A stretch of 64,000 bases of DNA from Octopus vulgaris. Its lineage: Eukaryota. Below, in pieces: positions 12,701 to 24,800 of the stretch (position 1 is the stretch's first letter; every line of letters starts with the position of its first letter). A program made the position numbers and the translations under genes. The notes under the pieces were generated by a model. It searched no databases. It was not told the origin of the DNA and saw only the letters and a list, made by a program, of their open reading frames with translations. Where the stretch lies: NCBI GenBank assembly GCA_951406725.2, contig OX597814.1, forward strand, positions 127,844,001 to 127,908,000. Direction: 5' to 3'.

Positions 12701-15700
12701 TGTTAAGGAGCCACTCATGTATTGGAAAGTAAATGTATCTTTATATGAACATAGGCGCAGGAGTGACTGTGTGGTAAGTAGCTTGCTTACGAACCACATG
12801 GTTCCGGGTTCATTCCCACTGCGTGGCACCTTGGGCAAGTATCTTCTACTATAGCCTCGGGCCGACCAAAGCCTTGTGAGTGGATTTGGTAGATGGAAAC
12901 TGAAAGAAGCCCGTCGTATATATGTATATATATATGTGTATGTGTGTGTAAATGTTTGTGTGTCTGTGTTTATCCCCTAACATCGCTTGACAACCGATGG
13001 TGGTGTGTTTATGTCCCCGTAACTTAGCGGTTCGGCAAAAACTACCAATAGAATAAGTACAAGGCTTCCAAAGAATAAGTCCTGGAGTCGATTTGCCCGA
13101 CTAAAAGCGGTGCTCCAGCATGGTCGCAGTCAAATGACTGAAACAAGTAAAAGAGTAAAAAAGAGAGTAAGAGTAATAGGTTGCTAAAATGTTTTCTTTG
13201 ATTTCTTGAAGAAATTTTTTTTCACAATTAATGTAGGAAGTTCTACATTATCAGTAAAGTTTGAACTCGAAAAATGTCAAGTAAATGATTTTCTTCTAAA
13301 AATATTACTTGTCTTGTGTTACGGTTCTTTGCAGAATAAATATTTCAATAAACTGTTCTTTCAGAAACAATATCAAGATGCTTTGGATATGGATCCGAAG
13401 AAACTTGAACGTATTTTACAGGACCTGAGTAATACACTCGAGAGTATGGAATGTGATGAAAATTTTAATGCCAAAAAAATTGAATTGGCACGCAAACGCA
13501 CTGTTTTTACGAATGTCTATATAAAGAAAGTTGATAAAGAACTACAAAAATTAAGCCAACATATTGATAATGTGGATCGACACATTCAAACTCTTGTATT
13601 AGATGACCGGGATTTTTATGAACGAGATGAATATGTAGCCCTTACCCAAGACAAACAGTTTATCCAACAAAAAATAACTGAGTATAGGGAAAAACAAAAA
13701 TATTATATGCTTTTACCATACAAGGATGGTAAATTATTTCCCAGTCATGCATTAAGTCAGCAAGAATATGGTTATATGTCTGATTCTCAATTCAATCGAG
13801 ATAACCACAGATGTAAAGATTCTTCAGTAATGCTTTCTTCAAGTTATGGTAATTGGGAAAAATCTCCACTGCATAAACCTCCAATGGTGCTCAGTGATAA
13901 TTATCTTGATTTCCCAGACATAAATTTCTCTGTGCCACCGGAGTCTAGTCAGCTAGATGATCTTGCACAGTTAATAGGAAAATCTCCACAGAAAACATCG
14001 CCTTTAACGACACTTTTCTCAAGTTTTGGTGGCTTGGCTGATGATGATATTGGAATAATTTATTGGAAATGTTCTACATGTGGTCATAAAAATTCTACAG
14101 ACAGGGAAAAATGTTTTAATTGTGACAAGTGGAAAGAATGCAAAACTAGAAAAGACACACCTTCTTTTACTGAAGCAAATGAAAATATGTCTACAACTTT
14201 CCAAACAGTGGCTGCTGAACAAGATCAAGTAAGTGAAACTCTTGTAGGATTTTAATTGCTTTTATGATCTAGAGTAATGTTTATCATGTTCCAATGTTAT
14301 TCGACTTAATCCTGATGTTATGCTAGAGCAGGGGTCACCAAACTTTTTCAACCATCGACCTCCCCTTTAGCCACTTCTTCTGCATCAACCACCCTCCTCA
14401 TTTAAAATATCTTAATACCCTATCCTACTGTACCATGTCTTAAATGTGTACCAGGTACTGATGCTGGCAATTAAAATGTTAGTTAAAATATACATTTTAA
14501 GAAATTCTACTGAAGATGATGCACTTTTTACATTTAAAATTATGTGTTCGGGTATACAGTATTAAACTTTCAACTTTTATGAAATTGTTTTCATGGTTAG
14601 AAAATGTGAAAAACACATCATATTGTTGGAATATCTTTTATTGAAATTGAGACAACATCAATGTGAGGGATGAACATGACGCTGACTAAGTATTTCAAGC
14701 AGTTCATCTGGGTGAGCTGGTGTTTCACACGCTGACCCCCATTCGACCCCCTTGGCTATCATCGACTCCTATATTGGTGTAGATTGAAGAATTTTCCACA
14801 TTAACCTACATATTTTATTAGATGTTGGGATTGTTCTATTAGACTATGTAGATGTAGGCTTATGTATTATACAATTATTATTTCCATCTATTCATTTTCC
14901 TGTTATTTACATAACTAGCAATCATGTTCTACTTAACTAATCCCTTATCTATTGTTTTTAGCATTATCTTCTGATTATTATATAGCGGTTTAGCAGCCAA
15001 GTTTCTCTTATGTTAAATATTATAGCGTATATTTTCTAGTTAGTTTGTTTACAGTTAATGCAATGCTACTTATTATGTTTCCTATTTGGAAATGGATAAA
15101 ATTATTTAGCTTTTAAAGTAGGGATATATAATGATAAAACCGTCACTTATAACTTACTTAAGTGTTATCATTATACGCAAGTCCTAACTACAGCTATATA
15201 AACGCCATAGAGAAATATACTTTCTGGAACGCTAATGAACATTAGGAAGAATGTAGGTTGAATATTATTTTGTGTTCTTTTAACTGCTATAAAAAAATAC
15301 AGTTTAATAATTACAGAAATACATTTTATATATAGTTGAAGAACGTGAAGAAAGAGAAAACATTTTCTACATTAATTTCTATTATATACATATAGCATTT
15401 TTATATTATATACATTTTGAAGAAAAGTAAATTTAGTCATAGAGAATTACGACTATATATTTTAACTATCTATTTCTCATTCTAGCTATATTAAATCTCA
15501 ACAATTCAAACAAGACTTGTTGGATTTTCCTTGGACATGGCATGAAAAATCACCAATGTCTCAAAGGAGTGAGTGTCGTGGGGTTTAGTTACATCTAACA
15601 AACACTGAAGTTTTTCCCAAAATCCAGGGTTTTTATAACTGCTCAACTTGACTTTAAAGAATCGAAATCACATACAAATATTCTTTAACTAATTCTTATG

Positions 15701-17549
15701 AGCAGTTAAAAATGACAATCATATTTCTTTGGCAATACGACATTACATCACATTGCCAGCTACCACAAATTGGCGCACTTATTTAAAAATGGCTACATGC
15801 TACAATTACAAACACCACTGTCTACCATTTGTCTACCATCGTATTCAACTTCTAAATAGATTCTATTAGTAACTTGTAACTGTGATCAGGGAATAGTTAG
15901 TTAGTTAGTTAGTTAATTTGGCTCATAAGCAAATAGCAAGGCCATGTAGGGGGACATGGAGTTAAGTACAGGGTGGTGTTCATGTAAAGAGTTCAGGCCA
16001 CTTGAGGTCCAGGGAGGCTTTGAACAAAGCGGTCGTCGGCGTCTTCACCATCTCGTCTGGCAGCTTGTTCCATGGATCCGCAACCCGGACGGAGAAAGCT
16101 CCTCTCCTTCGATTGAGATGAAATCGTCGCAGGTAGAGCTTTTCGGAATGACCCCGCAGCCGACGCTCCGGAGCAGGAGTGAAGAACAGCTCTTTCGAGA
16201 GGTTACACTTCCCGCTTATGATGTTGTGGGCGAATAAGGGCCTCCTAAAACTAGGGAGTCCTATAACAAGACAGAGAACTCTTGAATTTTGTGAAAATAT
16301 CAGCTTTATAAAATTCACAAACATTTAGAAATATTTCAATATTTAGGTTTTGGTGAAATGTTTATTTCCCTAACTGAATCACAGTGTGTTGATGAAAATT
16401 AGAATACTTGACCATTTCTACTGATTCGTCTTTGTTTACTTTCTTGGTTCCATTTCTTTCTTTCTATGTTTCACTCTGCATTACCTGAATAAATAATAAT
16501 TTAAAATCTAATTTTCAGATTTTGTTAGAGAAAAAAATTGCTCAGCAACAATACAGAAACTCTCTTCAAATGATGTCTGAAGCCAACAACCCCTTTGATT
16601 ATGAATCTGCAATAGAACCTACTTCTCCATGTAGAACAGTGAATCAACCATGTATTAATTTAGAAGATGATAGAAAAAACCTGAGCTTTAACAAAGTCGA
16701 TATGGCCACAGCATCTCCTGATGGTCTGGATAAAATTGATAGGGTTAAAGTTTCATCTGAAGATCTGTCTCAAACCGGTGGGATGAAAGCTTTGCCTGAA
16801 GATCTGCATAAAATTGACGAGAAAAGGAGCCGAATTGAGATGGTAACTGAAGCTGGAGAAATTGTCAAACAGTTACGGGTAAGGCCAATGAACCATTAAT
16901 ACAATTAGTACTATAATAGTGAGCATTAACATTATTATTTAATGTCCATAATCCTTGCTTGTATGGGTTGGACGGTTTAGCAGTACTTGATGGACCAAAG
17001 AGCTGCATTGTACTCCAGTGTTTGTTAGATTTGCTAGAGAATATTAACTTGTTAACAACAAAGCCAGCAATATCTGGCCAAGATATTCTACCCATTTTAT
17101 GTTAAAACTGACCTGATCCAGACTCTCACACCTACCCTGCAATGTCATTCTAAAAATAAACAATCACATCATTGAAATCTTGAAGCTATGAGGGAATGTA
17201 TAATTCATTCAAAACAATGTTAATAAATAAGCATCACATTTCACAGAATAATCTGAATGCTAGAGTACATTGATTTACTGTTGTTAATACCCTTTAAAAT
17301 AACACAGTCTTTCAGTGATTGAATACAGTAAGAGTTTACAAGAGTTCAGTACACAACTCTGGGGAATAGTAATGAGAATAGCAATAGTTTAGCTCTTAAT
17401 GCTACTAAATTGGACTATATTATCGATTAGGAATTGAAATTGTGATGATTTTTGGTTGATAGCTGATGAGAAGTTGAGCATGTTTTGTCCATTGTGTATG
17501 TTTACTTTTTTGCATATGTTCCTTTATTATTCTCTTGTGCCACATTATA

Positions 17550-17598
<49 letters not shown>

Positions 17599-20500
17599 CA
17601 CACAACGACCTCGAACCCACAAGAGTAAACGAGAGACAGAGAAAGGCAGAAACAAGGAAAATGCCACTTATATTTGAACACTATACAAATATTCTTTTAA
17701 AAAAACTTTTCTTTTAACTTTTCTAAATTTAATTATTCAATTGTTACAGTTGAAAAGGTCTCAATGACTGAAACCGGTACTGAAATGTTCTTTATAAAAT
17801 TATTTTAGCATTTTCTATCCTGGCTTGTTTTTTCATATATATATATATATATATTGTGGTGTCGGTGGAGAGGATGACAGTTGGGGGAGGGCGGAAGTTG
17901 GGCTTGCAGGGCGCATGTGCGGTAGGAAGCGGAAGCGGCGAGGGACGACGCACGTGTGGCATCGACCAAGCAGGAGTTGCAGCTGAGACGAGGAAGGCAC
18001 AAGACGTATCGAGCTGGCTGAGAGAGATCTGAACTTCACGGAGTTTCGGTAGACTAATCTTTGCCGAGGTAAGGCCTACTTGTATTTCCATTCTCCTTTT
18101 TTCTGTTGTCCTCTTCCATCGTTCACACCACAAGCTATTTCGGCATATAAACAATCGGTTTTATAAATAAAAATGATGAAGAGTGCCCATGTTTCGCACG
18201 AACTTATAACACCGTTTAGCGGCGACACAGATGTAGTCGCTTGGTTGAAGAAAGTGAAGTTGGTGGCGAAGCTCCATGGTATAGGTGACCTGGCGAGCTT
18301 CATGCCGCTGTACTTGGATGGTCCGGCTTTGGCGTTGTATCTAGAGATGGAAGAGACAGACCAACTTAACGCGGAGAAAGTGGAAGTCCGGTTGATGGAG
18401 GCCTTTGTGGAGGGAATGTTCGAGGCATACGCTCGCCTGGGTAGAATGAGATGGACTGGGCAACAGGTGGACGTGTTTGCCAATGAACTTAGAAGACTGG
18501 CTAAACTGGCGTGTTACGAGGGAGAGTCGCTGGACCGGATGGTTAGGTTGGCGTTCGTGACTGGCTTTCCCGACAACATGTCGGTCGAGTTACAGAAACT
18601 TCCGAATGTGAATTCGATGCCGATGGCGGACATCATATCTCGGGCACGCGTACTAGTTTCGTGCAGCAGGATGACGTCGGTAGCAGTGACTGCAACGTCG
18701 AAAAGTGGCCCAGCTAGGAGCAGCGGAGAGGGGCTAAAGAAAGAACATGTGCGCCCGTTCAAAGGACAGTGTTTCCGGTGCCAAGGTCCACACATGGTGC
18801 GTGACTGCGTGTCACCCAAGCCTGAGGTGATTTGCCACCGGTGTCGAGAGCCGGGGCATATAGCCAGCGAGTGTCTGTGGGGAAACGGACTGCGGGAGAC
18901 TACTGCGCCGGTAGTTGTCCCTTTGGATCTGTCGGGGCGCGTTTATCATCGCTACCTGTGGTCGACATTCTGGTGAAGGGGAAGATGTCGCGAGCCCTTG
19001 TGGACACGGGCTGTACAACGACCCTGATGACTACAGAAGTGGCAGAGACGTGGAGTGGAGGAAGCAGTGTTAGGGCTGTCGACGGAAGAGAAGTACACTG
19101 CGAAGGGGTTACAGATGCACAGATTGTAGTGCAGGGACTACAGCTGACGTTGCGAGTGATTGTGGTTGGTCACTTGGTGGACGAGATTGACGTGGTGATG
19201 GGGATGGATGCAATCACCCGCTTGGGAGGTGTCACCGTTAACGAGGCTGGTGTAACGTTTGGGTTAGCAGGGAAACCATGTAGGGCGAGACCATGCACCG
19301 GCGACAACCATGAGGAAAAGGATGCTGCACACACCATTGAAGACCAGGATTTTCGGGCTGTCTTTGATGGCAAGAGGTGGACAGTGGAGTGGCACTGGAA
19401 GGGAGAGCCCCCGATGTTAAAGAATAAAGTGGGCTGCTATCAGCATACTCTAAAAGGAGATGTCAGAAGTGAGTTCGAGGGGGAGGTGGAGCGGTGGATT
19501 AAGGAGGGCATATTGATCACTTGGGAAAAAGAAGAGAGCGGAGTCCTGCCACTGATGGCGGTGATACAGCCCACAAAGCATAAGGTGGACGAAACCGTGA
19601 TACCAGCAATGGAGGTCATAGGCCACCTGAAGAGTTTTGGACTGATCGCCAAGCCGCCAGAGGCAATGGAGGGAGGTGCTGCACTGGGCCTCAAGCTATG
19701 GAGAGACAAGGCCGGCGCGTTGGTGTTCCGGCGAGGGAATGAGGTCCCTGAACTGGGCGCCAGCATGAATAGACGGGAACTGTTCTCTGTGTGTGGGAAG
19801 CTGGTGGGACATTACCCGATTGGAGGTTGGCTCCGAACAGCATGTAGCTTCATCAAGAGACGAGCCGAAGGAGTGAAGTGGAATGATAGAGTGGGAGAGA
19901 GGATGATTGACATGATGCAAGAAGTCTTGGTCAGAGTAGGAACAGAGGACCCAGTGAGGGGCAGCTGGTATGTTCCCAAATCAAAGAGCGGGATCGTATG
20001 GTGTGACGCCAGTAGCATTGCAATAGGGGTTGTCTTAGAAGTGGGAGGTGTCATGGTGGAAGATGCAGCCTGGCTCAGGAAGACGGATGACTGCAATCAT
20101 ATCAACGTGGCAGAGTTGGATGCCGTGTTGAAGGGGGTGAACCTAGCCTTGAAGTGGGGGTTGCACACCATAGAAATCAGGACTGATTTGGCCACTGTAC
20201 TTGGTTGGGCGACAGCAGTCATCACCGATGAGCGGAGGGTGCGGACCAAAGGGGCTGCAGAGATGCTGGTAAAGCGTCGATTGGGAATACTGCGTGAACT
20301 AACCACTGAGTTCAATCTGAAGCTGAGCGTGATCTTTGTGCCTTCCGAGAAGAACAGGGCAGACGTCCTGACCAGGGTAAAGCGAGCCTGGTTGCAGGTG
20401 CCAGAGGATGTGAAGCAGGCTGTAGCTGCAGTATGCCGTCTGAGCGACTCGGAGTTGCGGAGACTGCACACCATGCATCACATGGGTGTGGACAGGACAT

Positions 20501-21805
20501 TGTTCCTAGCCAGAAAAGTTGACTCCGACGTAACAAGACAGAGCGTGCAGAGAGTGGTTAGCAGTTGTGACAGGTGCCAGTCCATCGATCCTGCTCCAGT
20601 CGTACATGAAGCGGGAAGTATTCCAGTGGACCAGGACTGGAAACGACTGGCGGTGGACATAACACACTACCGGCAGGGGACATACCTCTCAATGGTTGAC
20701 TGCGGACCGGGGCGGTTGGCCATATGGAGGGAGATGAAGACGGGGACCGCAGAAGAAATTGTGAAAGTGTTGAATGAGATATTCCTGGAACGAGGCCCCG
20801 TGGATGAACTGCTTCTGGACAATGGCACTGCATTTCACTCGGATGTGCTGAAAGAAATGCTTGATGAGTGGAAGGTCAACCGCTTCTTCAGGGCGGCATA
20901 CCGGCCAAGTGGAAATGGGGTGGTGGAAAGGCATCATCGTACCATCAAGGCCAAGGCAGAGAGGGGTCACATTTCACCAATCGAGGCCGTGTTTTGGTAC
21001 AATATGTCGCCCAGATCAGGACAGGCTGAGGAGTCGGTGCCACACAGGGCAATATTCAGGTACGAGTGGAGGCATCCGTGTACTACATCAATGCGATCCG
21101 GGGCAGAGGAAGAGCACGCCTTCGTGCAGGTCGGGGAGGAAGTCTGGGTAAAACCCTCAAATGCACGGTGTACATCACAATGGGGAAAGGGGACAATAAC
21201 ATCTGTAAATTCAAAGAATAACATCTCGGTCGATGGTATGCCACGTCACGTTTTGGATATACGGAGGGTTGTCCATGCCTCAGAGGATGGGACCAGCAGC
21301 AGTGGGCAAGATGAAAACAACACCAGTAGACAGGATGATGAGGCCAGCAGCAACATACCAGGAACAAGTTCTAGGGTTGCACTGCGACCACAGAGGGAAC
21401 GGCACCCTCCTCCCTGGTTGGCTGATTATGAAACCAGTTAAGGTGCGGGAGCAGAGAGCGAGTGAGAAAGCCGGTTCAGTGATCTGTAGATCAGGGGGGG
21501 GCGTGTGGTGTCGGTGGAGAGGATGACAGATGGGGGAGGGCGGAAGTAGGGCTTGCAGGGCGCATGCGCGGTAGGAAGCGGAAGCAGCGAGGGACAACGC
21601 ACGTGTGGCATCGACCAAGCAGGAGTTGCAGCTGAGACGAAGGCACAAGACGTATCAAGCTGGCTGAGAGAGATCTGAACTTCGCTGAGTTTCGGTAGAC
21701 TAATCTTTGCCGAGATAAGGCCTAATTGTATTTCCATTCTCCTTTTTTCTGTTGTCCTCTTTCATCATTCACACCACATATATATATATATAAATTATAA
21801 CTGTA

Positions 21806-21844
<39 letters not shown>

Positions 21845-24800
21845 AATTATAACTGTAAAACTGTCATCTATGTTTGACTTTTATGTGTCTCCTTATCAGC
21901 TTGCTGAACAACAAGGGATTGATGTTGATACAATGGTGATAGCACTTGAGAACGTAGATGAATCAGTTACTCCAATGGAATGGATCCAGACCCAGTGGCC
22001 AGATTATATCACAACTGCTACAGTCTTGATTGTTAACCGAATTGGAGTCCAGTTTCATAAAGAAGACGTAACCTGTGCCTTGAAGAAGCATAAAGGCAAT
22101 GTAGAAAAAGCTGTCGAAGAATGTACTCATTCTTATCAAAAAAAGGTAACTTCACTAAAATGTTTTCTTCATGTGGTATAACATAATTGACAATTCATTC
22201 AATCAAATTCGATGACTGGCATCTGTGTTAGCTGGGTGCAAAGGGCGCCATACGAGTGTGATTGTTGACAGAGCAGCTAACCGACTTCCGTGCCAGTGGC
22301 ACATAAAAGGCACCATTCGAGTGTGATCATTACCAGCATCGCCTTACTGGCACTCGAACCCTGTGCTAGTAGGGTGCTAAGAGCACCATCTGAGCGTGAT
22401 CGTTGCCAGAGCAGCTAACTGGCTTCCGTGCCGGTGGCACATAAAAGGCACCTTTCGAGTGTGATCGTTACCAGCATCACCTCACTGGCACCTGTGCCGG
22501 TGGCATGTGTAAAAAGATTTGAGCGAGGTCATTGCCAGTACCGCCTGACCGCCCCCCGTGCCGGTGGCACGTAAAAGCACCCACTACACTTTTGGAGTGG
22601 TTGGCGTTAGGAAGGGCACCAGCTGTAGAAACTCTGCCAGATCAAGATTGGAGCCTGGTGCAGTCATCTGGTTTGCCAGCCCTCAGTCAAATCGTCCAAC
22701 CCATGCTGTCATAGAAAGCAGATGTTAAACGATGATGATGATGATATTACACAACACTGTTATGTACCTAGAATTTATTGTAGACAGCATTGTTATGCAA
22801 CCAACAATTCAGTTATGTTACATAACCTTATAATGCAATCCACAACCTGTTCATGTTGCACAATATTGTTATACAACTAACAATCCATTTTTGTTGCACA
22901 ACATTGTCACATGCATAATCATACTTCCTATTCCTACTCTAATATTCTTATGATGTCTTGCACTTTTTAACTCAAGCAAGCACAAACTGCTGCTACATTA
23001 GTAAAACTAGCCATATCCTTAAATAATATTACATATATTTTATCAACTGTAGTTATGTCTGTTACTAAGTGGTGTATCTAGCAGTAAGTGATTGTGTCTA
23101 ACACTGATTGACTGACATGTCAGGCAGTTATGCCCGCTACTCATGGCTTTGTTTGTTAAATGCTAATACCACGTAATTGTATCTATGTTCTTGTTCTGTC
23201 ACTGGGTGACTGTGTGTGTTACTGGATGACTTCTGTCACTGGGTCTCAGTGTCTTATTGCATGACTGTTTATTGGTGGATGACTGTCTGTTACTGCGTGA
23301 CTATGCCAACAACAGACTGTGACAATAGGTTACTGTGTCTGATGATAGCTGACTGTCTGTGGTCAATGGTATTTGCCAGCAGGTGATTGTCTGTCTGTCT
23401 TTGTGGCACAATGTTTGTCTGTGGGTTACTATCAGTGAGTGACTGAGTGACTCACTAGTTGATTGTGTCTGTCATAGAATGATAATTCTTGTACCTGTTA
23501 TAGTTATTGAAACTATGTCTTGGGAGTATACTAATTTTTTTTTTTTATTATATTCACTTATATGTATTTTTTGTTTTTTCAGCTTAGAAAGTCGCAAGAA
23601 TTTGGCAATTTCTCTGAAGAAGATTTCAAACAAGCTTTTCAGAAACATAGTGGAGATGTTGATCTAATACTCCAAGAGTTATTTACACCTAGTTTAGATG
23701 AATATGAGAAAAGAATTTGGGCTATAAATGAGCCTCTCAATCGTTCGTTATCAGCTGACTTAATTAACCTTTTAAAAGACAATCAAGTAGATGTCCAAGT
23801 AAGTTCTGCAACAATTCCATCAATTACTTATTTCGTCTAGATATCCATTTTTAACAGAAGATTACATTACATTATTAATCTAATTATATTGTAGCCTTTT
23901 CTGACTTTACATGATGTAGTGGTAATACCTATTTCTTTACTACCCACAAGGGGCTAAACACAGAGAAGACAAACAAGGACAGACAAACAGATTAAGTCAA
24001 TTATATCGACCCCAGTGCATAACTGGTACTTATTTAATCGACCCTGAAAGAATGAAAAGCAAAGTCGACCTTTTGAACTCAGAACGTAGCGGCAGACGAA
24101 ATACCGCTAAGCATTTTGCCTGGTGTGCTAATGTTTCTGCCAGCTCACTACCTTTGTGGTGGTGATACCACTGACTGGGGAGTGATGTTAGTGATTTGGG
24201 TCAAAGTGTCATTGATTGGGTGGTGATGTCACTGAGTAGGGTCAAGATGTCACTTAGTGTCTAAGGTAGGATAGGCACTCAGTAGAATCAGGATTTCATT
24301 GGAAGGAAGTGGGTGATGTCTCTTAGTGAGGTGAAGATGCTATTTAGTCTGAATTGTTGTTTCATTGTAGAATTCTCTGCAACTACTTTGGAAATTGTTT
24401 TATTTCCTCAACATCCCTTATTTTATTTGACTTTGAAAGAAGTACACTTGATTCTACTATTTCAAAGATTTACTATTCACCCCATCCCACACACATTAAT
24501 GTATCCACTTTCTGTTATTTTCAACAGCATGTAGAATTGATATCAACTGGTATTTATAACTTCAAAGAACTGACAAAATTATTTTTAAAACTAGGTCATT
24601 GACAAGATTTGAGTGTATTTTCATTTAATAAACTAGTAAGGTAAAAGTGCATCAAGTATTGATTGATAAGGGTAGTTATAACATGTCAATTGAGTATCTA
24701 TGTCTCCTCCAGGTTTAGTATATGTGGAAGTATGTAAGATATTTTCACTCATAGTATGTGTGTGTGTGTGTGTGCGTGTGTCTATATTTTACCAGGCACC

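Larger units (their letters stand above)
17855..21778 (+). mobile_element. Ty3/Gypsy-type LTR retrotransposon, RT core deleted
   Basis: Two LTRs (TGTGGTG...CACCACA), gag, PR-partial RT-RH-IN order, PPT, TATAT on both flanks within a (TA)n tract. Confidence 0.96.

Noticed and set aside
12753-12830. tRNA-like sequence as a tRNA gene
   Set aside because: It is a SINE head followed by the SINE body and is multi-copy in the window.
14329-14770. Possible hAT MITE starting caggggtcaccaaact
   Set aside because: The right TIR and TSD could not be identified.
19170-21367. Numerous antisense ORFs in the LTR element
   Set aside because: They are shadows of the GC-rich pol frame with no recognisable motifs.
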